Source: Octopus bimaculoides (Eukaryota). Taken from it: a stretch of 46,808 nucleotides of DNA. This document shows positions 36,271-46,808 of the stretch, one piece after another; position 1 is the stretch's first letter, and every line of letters begins with the position of its first letter. Under the pieces are notes generated by a model. That model did not search any database. It was not told the DNA's origin and worked only from the letters and a program-made list of their open reading frames with translations. The stretch covers positions 78,432,542-78,479,349 of the forward strand of contig NC_068991.1 in NCBI RefSeq assembly GCF_001194135.2. Direction: 5' to 3'. The position numbers and the translations under genes are program-made.

Positions 36271-36478
36271 GCGCGCGTGTGTGTGTTAGTGTTTGTCCCT
36301 TATCTCCGCTGTTGATTTGTTTATGTCCTCATGACATAGTGGTTCGGCAAGAGAGACTAATCGAATAAGTTCCGGACTTTAGAAATAAGTGCTGGAGGTG
36401 TCTTTTTTTTTTAGTAAACTCTTTAAGGTAGTACCCCAATATGGTCACAATCTAATGCCTGAAATGGGAAAAGATGAC
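36072..36478 (+). mobile_element. SINE family B, full length, degenerate
   Basis: ggcgcaggcataactgtatggttaag head, internal (AC)n, ggttcggcaaga, degenerate 3' end. Confidence 0.75.
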
Positions 36479-36627
36479 ATAAATATATCGCTCACCAATG
36501 TTTTAGAAGCTTAAAAATCAGTTATTGAGTTATTTTGTGAAATCTTATCCATTGAAAGCTGTCCAGTGATATCAGAAATAATTTCTGTCCGGAATGATGT
36601 GTAGACAGATTCTGTAGAGATTAGGAC

Positions 36628-36704
36628 GAAATGGTTTTGAAATGGTTTTGAAATGGTTTTGAAATGGTTTTGAAATGGTTTTGAAATGGTTTTGAAATGG
36701 TTTT
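36628..36704. repeat. Perfect minisatellite (GAAATGGTTTT)x7
   Basis: Seven exact 11-bp units. Confidence 0.95.
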
Positions 36705-37652
36705 GAATACCTAGTTAGGCTCCTTCACATTCTGTGTTCGAATCTTGATGTAAATTCGTGGATCGCAACAGAATTTGTTGTATCTCAGGAGGATCAGTAC
36801 ACCAACAATAAACACACGCACTGGTTCAATTTCACTTCTTTAAAATCTTTCGTCAATTGGCTACCCACTTGACGAATAATTTATAAAGAAGTGAAATGAA
36901 ACCAATGTGTGTGTTTATTATTTGCATAATGACCTTTCCGAGATGCAACTACACATCTGCATCTATTGTTTATCTGTCTATCTGCCTGTCTGTCTGTCTG
37001 TCTGTGTGAAAATTATACTTTGGGAGAGTTATTTCTCCAATAAAAAATTTTCCATAAATTTTATTTTTATGAGCCAACTAATTAACTAATTAATCAATTA
37101 TTTAATTAAGTGCTTGATTAATCACTCAGTTAATTGGTCAAGCTGTCTCATCTGTTCTATTAGTTTCACAATCTTTTGTGACAGATGTACAGAAGCAAAA
37201 GATACATTATCGATAAGGTAGTAGAAGTGTGACAAAAAGACTCTGATAAATTGATTGATCTCTGATGATTGATAAATCTTGCAAATAATTTATTAATTAG
37301 TTAATTAGTTTACTTGTTGATTGATAAGAAGAAAATGAAGTGGCATACTACCAGTGCGTGTATTTTTTGTGGGTAAAAATGACAATATTGGTTTCAACAC
37401 ACGGTTTCACTCCAAGAATCTTCTGGGACAAACACAAAAACGATACATACACACATACATGTATACATACATTCATACATAGAGTTATGCATACATTCCT
37501 ACATACATACATACGTACATTCATTCATTCATTCATTCGACGCATTGACTGATTAACTAATTCACTAATTTATTCATGAATTTATTCATTCACTCATTCA
37601 ATCATTCTTTATGACATTCACTCTTTCCTTCATTCACTTAGTCATTAAATCA

Positions 37653-37708
<56 letters not shown>

Positions 37709-37957
37709 CACACACACACAATAATGATAATAATAATAAGAAGAATCATCCATACATGGAAGTTATGAATATTTTAATGTATCGCTGCGCGCGATTCCAC
37801 AAATCACATGGTTTTTGTGACCATAGTCCGCATTCCTGGGATCATAAAAATATAATCTGAAATATCCATAAGAGGTTTTATATGCGTACTAAAAAAAGTT
37901 TACCATAAAAGACCTTAAAAGATATATATACATACACTGAAGTAAATAAAAAAAAAG

Positions 37958-38110
37958 TGGTTGTGTGGTTAAGAAGCGTGTTTCTCAATCACATGACTTT
38001 GGGTTCAGTCCTACTGCATGGTACTTTGGGAAAGTGTCTTCTACTATAGTCCCAAGCCGACTAAATTTTGTTAGTGGATTTGGTTGACGGAAACTGAAAG
38101 GCCGTCGTAT
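37958..38110 (+). mobile_element. SINE family B 5' half; further 5' parts at about 19299..19350 (cut by gap) and 46625..46808 (cut by window end)
   Basis: gtggttgtgtggttaagaagc...gggttcagtcc...gtggatttggttgacggaaactgaaag. Confidence 0.75.
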
Positions 38111-38459
38111 CTATCTATCTATTTGTCTGTCTGTCCGTCTGCCTGTCTTATCTAAATGAATGTGCGTAGTGTATGCAAGTATGTATGTGTATTTATGTGT
38201 ATGTTGAAGGCTTTTGAACCTTTCATGGCCGACTTTCTTGGTACCCCTGTAAATCGTTATCTCTCTCAGATGTACTGGCTTTATCTTTTCTCTGAACCCA
38301 ATATATTCGCGTGAGAGAATTCCCTTGATAAGTGCGCGGGCCATCGTAGGTGGCTTAATTCAGTCTTGATTAGGATTATCAACTCTTCTTAATCTTTAAT
38401 CACTATTATATGTATTGATGGGTGATTCTGCATTTGTCGTATTTTCGGAAGCGACAAAT

Positions 38460-38830
38460 AAGATTCATTCATTTACCACATGAATGAACTAATTCACTCA
38501 TTCAATAATTCATTCATCAATTCATGTATTCATTCACTCATTCGTTAATTCATTCACTCATTCGTTAATTCATTCACTCTTTCATTCATTTATTCATTCA
38601 TTCACTCATTAATTCTTTTATTCTCTCATACATTACTAGATTCATTCATTCGTTAATTCATTCTCCCATTCATTATATCATTCACTCTTTCTTTCATTCA
38701 CTCATTCATTAATTCTCTCATTCTTCTATTCCCTCATTCTTTTATTCTCTCATTCATTACTAGATTCATTCATTCGTCCATTCATTCATTGATTCACTAG
38801 TTCGTTCACTCATTAATTAATTAACTCATC
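38460..38830. repeat. Degenerate (ATTC)n tract with internal about 125-bp duplication-like structure; similar tract at about 37515..37650
   Basis: ttctttattctctcat(a/t)cattactagattcattcattcgt occurs at about 38613 and 38736. Confidence 0.8.
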
Positions 38831-38959
38831 TCTTTAATCAATACCTTCCACCCTCCGGCAATTCCATTTTATTGTTGCTTCAGTGTGTAACAAGTCTCTC
38901 TGAAACGTATTTTAGTTACGTCAGTCTTTTAGACTAAGACTTTCAGCCAAGTACCGTTA

Positions 38960-39005
38960 CATGGTAACTCAATTTGCTAGACATAACAGCTAAATTCCCT
39001 TCGAA
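38960..39005 (+). repeat. Old dispersed repeat fragment, also at about 44305..44349 (-)
   Basis: catggtaactcaatttgctagacataacagctaaattccctt versus catggtcaattgacatgctagaaataattacctaaatctcctt (roughly 70% similar by eye). Confidence 0.4.
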
Positions 39006-39294
39006 ATACATTCAATGCCGTTTTAAAAACGGAGATGGTGGACATTGCAGTCGATGTTATACAAGAAAGGATGTTGATCCCCATATCCCAATTTTGATAC
39101 ATTGAGTTTTAATTGAGATTGCGAAAGAAAGTCAAATCGACATTACTAAGGACCATAAAACTCAGTGTGTTAAATGCATGTATATATTATATATAACATA
39201 TTAGATATAATATGTATATATTTATGTATATATATATGTATGTATATATGTATATATTTATGTATATATCACGAGAATGACCCACTTCAGCTAC

Positions 39295-39584
39295 GTTTCC
39301 TCATAGCATTCAGAAAAGTGAATATTTTTTAATGAAATTATCTACAAACACGTTTCAGATGGCAAAAATTCCGTTTATATCGGAATTTGTAGTGAAAAAA
39401 AAAAAAAAAATTCTGTTGGTGTGTAGAAGATTTTCGTAAAATTCACATGAGCCGAATTTGTTTCCTCATAACTTTCAGATTTCTCATAATAAATTCCGAA
39501 ATAATCATAAACTGCACCACCCGAGAGGTATTTCTAGAGAATTTTATAAAAAAGACCTCATTTTTCTGAAAGCTATGAGGAAAC
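39295..39584. mobile_element. Old MITE-like element with about 55-bp imperfect inverted repeats
   Basis: gtttcctcatagcattcagaaaagtga... at 39295 versus reverse complement gtttcctcatagctttcagaaaaatga... ending 39584. A third partial copy gtttcctcataactttcaga lies at 39460. Confidence 0.6.
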
Positions 39585-39843
39585 AAAGTCGAGAGGGGGG
39601 GGGTACACTTGAGTAGATATGCTATATATATATAAAAAAGACAAAGCCTTGGCTTTGTTGTCTCATTTTATTTAACATATTTATGTTCATACAAGACACA
39701 TTTCCAGAGTACTAACGTAGCATTACCTGCCACCCTGGGTCTTCTGGATACCAATACCTCTCATATATACATACACAAACATATATGCATAGAATATATA
39801 TATATGTGTGTGTGTGTATGTGTGTGTGTGTATACGTGTGTGT

Positions 39844-39886
<43 letters not shown>

Positions 39887-39956
39887 CGTGTGTGTGTGTA
39901 TATACGTGTGTGTGTGTGTGTACGTGTGTGTACGCCTATATATATATATATATATA

Positions 39957-40368
39957 GGCGCAGGAGTGGCTGTGTGGTAGGTAGCTTGCTTACCAACCAC
40001 ATGGTTCCGGGTTCATTCCCACTGCGTGGCACCTTGGGCAAGTGTCTTCTACTATAGCCTCGGGCCGACCAAAGCCTTGTGAGTGGATTTGGTAGACGGA
40101 AATTGAAAAAAGCCTGTCGTATATATGTATATATATATGTATGTGTGTGTATATGCTTGTGTGTCTGTGTTTGTCCCCCCAACATCGCTTGACAACCGAT
40201 GCTGGTGTGTTTATGTCCCCGTAACTTAGCGGTTCGGCAAAATAGACCGATAGAATAAGTACTAGGCATCCAAAGAATAAGTCCTGGGGTCGATTTGCTC
40301 GACTAAAGGCGGTGCTCTAGCATGGCAGCAGTCAAATGACTGAAACAAGTAAAAGGGAGTAAAAGAGT
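39957..40368 (+). mobile_element. tRNA-headed SINE family B, best-preserved full-length copy (about 410 bp) with internal TA/TG microsatellite
   Basis: ggcgcaggagtggctgtgtggtag (A-box-like), ccgggttcattccc (B-box-like), gtggatttggtagacggaaa, internal microsatellite, 3' ggcggtgctctagcatggcagcagtcaaatgactgaaacaagtaaaag. Confidence 0.88.
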
Positions 40369-40527
40369 ATATATATATAGATGAGAGTATTGTAGTTCGC
40401 TTGAAGCAATGTATATTGTTTATGAAATATAACGTGGCTTGAATGACACAACAATGCAGAGTGGACTATAATAACTGTTATAATTTAATTATTCATAGCC
40501 TGATATAATAATGTTTCGGAATATAAA

Positions 40528-40592
<65 letters not shown>

Positions 40593-40595
<3 letters not shown>

Positions 40596-40700
40596 GTGAG
40601 AATTTACAAAAAGATGAAGACGGGTGTGTAAACAACAAACAGATATATTAGTTTAACGCTCGGGAAGTGAGAAAGTCTTTTACATTTCGATCCTACGCTC
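40593..40700 (-). mobile_element. Truncated second copy of the 19085..19290 repeat
   Basis: Reverse-complement similarity as described; also abuts (TA)n. Confidence 0.55.
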
Positions 40701-40934
40701 TGCCTTATTACTTAACACACTCACCGGTTCGATTTCCATTCATTTCCTTATTTACTTTTTCTAAAATTTTCGTTGCGTCTTGCAACCTTTTTAATAGTCG
40801 TTGACTTAGTCCGTTATCGGAGCTGCGTTCATTTTATTTGTTTGTGCGCATGTATGTGCGTCAGTGTGCATGTGTATACGCATATGCATGTATGTATGTA
40901 TATAAGTATGTATGTATATATGTATGCATATATA

Positions 40935-42094
40935 CAGGGTGCGTAAGTTATTTGAGAGTATAAAGATTTTGGGTCATTACTGCATTGTTTGCTAGCTCTA
41001 TATAATCTTTGTTTCAGAAAATAATAATTACACATCCTCAGCTTACTCAAGAAATGAAGAGGCATCTTGTTATCGTGGTTATAAAGGCTGAACAGGGCGA
41101 TTGAAAAATATCTCGATTTTTAAAAGTTGCCAGATCTTTTGTCTACAAAGTTTGTAAGGAGACTGAAGAGGGAAACGTATCACCAGTATAAAAAGCATTC
41201 TAAACGCTCTGAAATCGCCAGAACACCTGAATTTACCTAGCAAGTTCAGCAGACCATTGATTACAATCCTAGGAAGTTCGTGAGGTCAATTGCAAAAGAT
41301 CTCCATGTATCAGAAGGAACAGTCACAAATATTGTCCACGAAGACATCAGATATAAGTCTTATATGATGAGGAAAAGTCAATTTGTCAGAAAAAGCAAAA
41401 GAAAATCACTACATCAGATCTAAAAGGCTCTTAAACAAACTGAAATACCCAGCAGAAGATTTGATTTGCTTTTTTCAAACGAAAACAATTTCGACCAAGA
41501 CCAAAAAGTTAACAGAAAAAATGACAGATGGTTATTTACAGACCCTTCTGAAGTTCCAAGTGTTATGCATTACAAAATTTCCTGCAACTGTCATGGTTTT
41601 AAGAGTTGTTAGCAATGAAGGACATGTAATGCCTCCTTACTTCTTTCCACAAAGCCTTAGAGTTAACTCTGCCGTCTACATTGAGGTCCTGGATAGACAG
41701 TGTAGGCAATGGAAGTCCATATATGTTTCAGTAAGACCCTGCACTATCAACATGGTTCTAGTAACACAGGAATGGATGGCTGAAAATTTTCATGATCACA
41801 TAATCCCTAACATTTGGCCACCTAATTCCCGAGACCTCAATCCATTGGACTATTAGATATTGAGCGTTGTTGAGAGAGAGGCCAATTAACACACCCATAA
41901 CACCAAAGATTCTTTGAAAGCTGTCATAGTCAGAGTAATGTCCAAGGACCACTTGATTCGAGCATGGTGGCCTTATTGAATAATAATATAGAAAAGGTTT
42001 ATTTTTATCCTCATGGCATTTTTTGATAAAGTTATGTTATATATGTTTTTTTTTAATAAACATAAATCTGTCCTCAAATATCTTACACACCCTG
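40935..42094 (+). mobile_element. Tc1/mariner-superfamily transposon of the DD37D (maT/mori) type, decayed
   Basis: TIRs cagggtgcgtaagttatttgag (40935) and reverse complement of ctcaaatatcttacacaccctg (ends 42094); TA on the left, CA on the right. Broken transposase from ATG 41054: SIAKDLHVSEGTV (HTH-like), FSNENNFDQDQKVNRKNDRW, KFPATVMVLRVVSNEGHVMPP, WPPNSRDLNPLDY. D2 (41735) to D3 (41848) is 113 nt, i.e. 37 intervening codons allowing a 1-nt deletion. Confidence 0.9.
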
Positions 42095-42289
42095 CATATG
42101 CATGTCTGTGTGTACGTTTGTATGTACGTATTCTGCATATTCATGTGTCTGTGTGTTCATGTTTATGTGTGTGTGTTTCTGTGTGTCCCTCTGTCTCATT
42201 GTGTGTGCATGATTGAGTATGTCTGTGTATGGGTTTGCGTGACTATGTACGTGCGGCTTATATACATGGATATGTGTCTCCGTGTGTCC

Positions 42290-42341
<52 letters not shown>

Positions 42342-42691
42342 NNNNNNNNNNNNNNNNNNNNNNNNNNNNNNNNNNNNNNNNNNNNNNNNNNNNNNNNNNN
42401 NNNNNNNNNNNNNNNNNNNNNNNNNNNNNNNNNNNNNNNNNNNNNNNNNNNNNNNNNNNNNNNNNNNNNNNNNNNNNNNNNNNNNNNNNNNNNNNNNNNN
42501 NNNNNNNNNNNNNNNNNNNNNNNNNNNNNNNNNNNNNNNNNNNNNNNNNNNNNNNNNNNNNNNNNNNNNNNNNNNNNNNNNNNNNNNNNNNNNNNNNNNN
42601 NNNNNNNNNNNNNNNNNNNNNNNNNNNNNNNNNNNNNNNNNNNNNNNNNNNNNNNNNNNNNNNNNNNNNNNNNNNNNNNNNNNNNNNNNNN

Positions 42692-42735
<44 letters not shown>

Positions 42736-44526
42736 TACTGTTGTGTCTGGGGTGAGTCATTCTTTTTTAGTGCCTTATAATTTAACACACTCACCGGTAA
42801 AATTACCGTTGTTATTTTGTTCGTATTGATTTTATCATAGAGAGACCAAAAAAAAAAAAACATCTGAAGCCGACAGCGGCGAATCTTGAATTTCGAATCA
42901 ACAATTTATGCTTGGTATTAAAACGCATTTGGAGATAGTCTCTAGTTTTAGCCATGAAAGGACTTAAATGAGTTAAAACTAGGCACCAGCAGTAGTAGTG
43001 GAATAGATTATTGTTTAAACTTTTGACTAAGAAAGTATTTACTTTACAGAAAGCAAGACAACAGTATTAGCTACAATCGAGCTTTTCTGTAGATTATCTC
43101 CGAATGGGTGGAAGTGTTGGATGAGGCGAGTGGATACGGATATTAATAAATTGGTTTGTTTTTAACTCAAGGTTTCTGAAAGAATGTCCTATCTTTATGA
43201 AGCATTTACTCTGCTTTTCCGTTCTTCAACCTTCTTCTCTCCCCCTCCTCTCTCTCAATTTTAAATCAAATTCTGTTTGTCTTTGCTATTGTTCAACCTG
43301 GGGCTAGTTCTTCTGATAGATGAGATATTTGATCAAACACGTTCCAACTGCGATCACCGCGGGTTTTGACTATCAGACATAATATCATTCAAAACTACAT
43401 TTATCAATTTTTTTTTCTCCTATACTATCTAAAAGAAATTCGACTGCTATTCCTCGCAGCTCAAACTATCACACAGAGGCAATTGCTTTCACAATTTTTT
43501 GGGGTCCATTTTAGAACGACAGTTTTACAACCGGAAGTAGTACCTAATTGATAGCGTTTTTACCTTGGTTCAAGTCTATCGGGAGAAGCAGAAATCGAAA
43601 CTGCAACCTAACGAAAGAATTAAAATCAAACAGTGCAGTCACTGCATACAACTGTATCTCCTACTTCAACGCAGAAGTACTTATTTAAATTCGAGCGAAT
43701 TTCGACAAAACAAATTACAATCCACGACCCAAACGTTTGCTACTTGTTTGATACTCAAGCACCCGGGTTACCTGCCAGTCTAAATTAGTATATCATTATT
43801 AGCAATAGTACTTTTTATTTTTTCTCTCTCTCCCACTCTCTCTCTGTCCCCCTCTGTCCCCACAACTGGCATGACACTACACACACATGCACATGTACCT
43901 TACAAGCCGTACACCAAATACTCTTGACTTTTGGCAATGAAAGGACGACCGTCATCACGACTACCACCACTACGACTACCACCACTACTATCATTACAGC
44001 TCATCACCAGCCTCACTTTCAGAATATCACACTGTTCAATTGCGTGAGATAAATGTTATTATCGCTTTTAATTTTACTCTTTCCAAGAAAATCAGATTTG
44101 TAGTAAAAGACGAGCGATGAAATCTAACATGCGTGGCATTCGTTAATCATGCAAGCAGCGCAGCGGAATTAAAATCGTTTTAATCAGGAAGCGATATCGG
44201 GTCATGGACTTTGTTTAACTCGTTCTTGTTTAACTCTTACTGAACGACATTTGCCACCCAAGAAGTATCTCATGCGTTACTTATAAAGATGTTAGGCTGT
44301 ACCTTAAAGGAGATTTAGGTAATTATTTCTAGCATGTCAATTGACCATGGAGATGCTTCCTTCGCTATTTTATAAAGACTTGGGGATAGTCATCTTTATA
44401 TAAGTTACGAGAATGGCAGCATGGCTAGGAGCCAGATTAAATATGCCCTAAAAGTTCGCATTTAAATAAATTAGTTTGATAGAAAGAGTGAAAAAAATCC
44501 AATATTTTACATCAATATTATTACTG

Positions 44527-45420
44527 AGGCAGCGAACTGGCAGAATCGCTAACACGCCGGGCGGAATGCTTAGCGGTATTTTGTCTGTCTTTACGTTCTG
44601 AGTTCAAATTCCGCAGAGGTCGACTTTGCCTTTCATCCTTTCGGGGCCGATGAGAACTGGGATCAATGTAATAGACTATTCCCCTCTCCCAAATTTCAGG
44701 CTTTGCGCCTATAGTAAAAAAGGATTATTATGCTACTAACATGGTGATGGTTTTATGGAACCTTTAAAGCACCGTATAAAGTCTTGCGGTATTTGTTCCC
44801 ATTCCTTACATAAAATTCGAATGTCACCGATTTTGTCATTCTTTTCGGGGTCGATAAAATAAAGTACAAGTGAAATACTAGGAGACTGACGTCATCAACT
44901 AACGCCATCCTATTGTTCTTGTGTCTCAGTTGGAAGTAAACATTTATGGTATTAATTGGGGGGTGGGGTGGGGTGAAGGCGGTGAACTGCCAGAATAATA
45001 ACACGCACGACAAAATGCTTACAAACGTTTCTTCCGTCTTTATGTTCCGAGTTCGAATTCCACCAAGGCCGACTTTGCCTTTTATCCTTTCGGGGTTAAG
45101 TACCAGTTGCGTACTGGGGTCGATCTAATCGACTGGCCTCCTCCTCCTCCTCCAAAATTTCAGGCTTTGTGCCTACAGTGGAAAGTATTATTATTGTTAT
45201 ACCAAGGCGGTGAGCTGGCAGAAACGTTAGCACGCCGGTCGAAATGCTTAGCGGTATTTCGTCTGCCGCTACGTCCTGAGTTCAAATTCCACCAGAGTCG
45301 ACTTTACCTTTCATCCTTTCGGGATCGATTAAATAAGTGCCAGTCACACGCTGGGGTCGATAAAATCGACTAGTCCCCTCCCTCAAATTTCAGGCCTTGT
45401 ACCCATAGGAACAAGGATTA
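44527..45420 (+). mobile_element. Cluster of same-strand SINE family A copies (about 44527..44730, fragment 44830..44880, 44976..45186, 45205..45416)
   Basis: Three near-full copies with head, B-box and aaatttcaggc(c/t)ttgt tail, plus one body fragment. Confidence 0.85.
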
Positions 45421-45774
45421 TTATTGTTATGACGACAATTATGATGACGATTTCATATTCCCTCTTTCAAAATATCCAGTTTTATTGTTCTACTTCGTGG
45501 TAGAATTATGACTGACATTTATAACACAAACTCATTCGTCTTCAAATTCACCTTTGTTATATTTTATGATAATATTACCTAAAACTATAGCCGTGATTCG
45601 TAACTGAGTGTGATCTGGTAGCACGTACCATGCTTTCGTTAATTGTTTAAGGTGCCTGTGCTGTTATGAGCAGACAATAGATACTTTCTCACTTCTCCAA
45701 CCGATTGACTTAGTGGAACATACAGGACAAAACAGTTGGAGAGAAACAGAACTACACCAGCAATAGGCTGGTGG

Positions 45775-45936
45775 TTATTCTAATTTTCAGCTGAGTTGAT
45801 TAAAGCTGCACCAAATAAAGCAAGGTGCTCAAGAGCATAACTGGAGCAACGTAAAATTAAAGTGATCAACCGCTATAAGAATCGAACCAACGATCTTATG
45901 AGTATGAATCCAATACGTTAACCACTAGGCCACCCA
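45775..45936 (-). mobile_element. Third tRNA-headed SINE family (C); older plus-strand copy at about 18160..18290
   Basis: Minus-strand head gggtggcctagtggttaac...ggttcgattc (A- and B-box-like) followed by ttttacgttgctccag. The 18160 region has gcgtggttg...gttcgattcctggtccg...ttgtgtcattcagcaa. Confidence 0.6.
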
Positions 45937-46402
45937 CATTCTCGAAGTATTATATTTTAAAAAGCATTCAATACAGCTGCTGATTGTTTCTTAAAGGCGG
46001 TGATTGAGATTTAGCTTTTGATGTAAACATTTTTCTTTAAAATTATATTACTAGTTTCTTTAAATATTTTTTCAATTGAACATTTTTTTCTTTAATCGAC
46101 ATGTAAAAGATGTTAAAAACTTTGTTAATTAGAGAGAAAAGAAACGATGTTCAAACGAAAAGTATTTAAAATAGGAAAATTCATAATAGCAATAAATAAA
46201 TTTAAAATGAAATTTTCTTTTTATATAAAAAACATGAATCTCCACCATCGCCGCTTCCGTTATGTATGTATGTATGTATCAAGATATATATATCTTTACA
46301 AAATAATTATTTTGTTACACATCTGGCCAGCTGTCGTAGACAAGGAAATTCTAGGTAAGGCAGATCTTTGATGTTTAAGTCAGTGAAGTGAATCTTTTGT
46401 TC

Positions 46403-46444
<42 letters not shown>

Positions 46445-46753
46445 CCAGAGTGTATGTATATTTATTTTTGATTGTTTTCTGTGACTTCTTTTTATTACCT
46501 TCATATTTGCGTTCTTTTAATCTTTTTCCTGTTACACAAATCAGTTTTTTTTCTTTCTGCTAGTCTCTTTCTGTTTCTCTTTCTTTCATTCATTCACCGT
46601 TTCAATCTACCTTTCTCCTTTATTTGCTTTCCAATCACATGGTGCCAGGCTCAATCCCATTGCATGGCGCTTTGGTCAAGTATCTTCTACCATATACCCG
46701 GGCCGACCAAATCCTTATGAGTGGATTTGTTGGACGGAAACTGAAAGAAGCTG

Positions 46754-46808
<55 letters not shown>

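Larger units (their letters stand above)
1336..42691. other. Twelve assembly gaps (N-runs)
   Basis: 1336..1736, 12006..12455, 14662..14716, 15618..15971, 19351..19450, 21004..21013, 22810..23698, 28693..28761, 30964..31542, 32184..32238, 35325..35716, 42342..42691. Confidence 0.99.

Noticed and set aside
36628-36704. CRISPR-like or telomeric interpretation of tandem repeats
   Set aside because: No unique spacers, eukaryotic context, and the unit is not a known telomeric motif.
41163-41182. CUGAAGA-GG-GAAAC-GU-A hammerhead-like string
   Set aside because: No stem II, only a 2-bp stem I, and it lies within the maT transposase coding sequence.
45870-45936. tRNA-like sequence on the minus strand (also the SINE A/B heads)
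   Set aside because: Has A/B boxes but no intact acceptor or anticodon stems and continues into a SINE body; not a tRNA gene.
653-46720. Most ORFs in the supplied track (YIYI, CVCV, ERER, SLSL, poly-L/E/S, RSFV and X-filled ORFs)
   Set aside because: They are translations of microsatellites, low-complexity tracts or N-gaps, with no domain motifs or splice context.

Overview
Repeat-rich, gap-containing animal genomic DNA. The SINE families, microsatellite load and Asn-run coding style point to an octopus; this is an inference, not a database match. There are 12 N-gaps. The only protein-coding exon I can support is 33002..33893 (+), the first coding exon (long N-terminus plus TM1-TM3 start) of a cholecystokinin/sulfakinin-receptor-like class A GPCR. 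No second exon is visible in the remaining 12.9 kb. Everything else is transposon-derived or simple repeat: a DD34D mariner (14846..16098, -), a DD37D maT-type element (40935..42094, +), a decayed Ty3/Gypsy pol (about 25570..27720, -) with a recent inverted partial duplicate, a Penelope-like RT/GIY-YIG remnant (about 21690..22809, +), about 25 copies of three tRNA-headed SINE families, and two MITE-like elements. The most notable unannotated signal is a set of hammerhead-ribozyme-like motifs (1869, 2966, 19151, 23757/24217) in microsatellite-flanked, often fold-back, Penelope-type terminal sequences. The compact ones all carry an extra nucleotide between core A9 and stem II. Almost all ORFs in the supplied track are microsatellite or gap artefacts.
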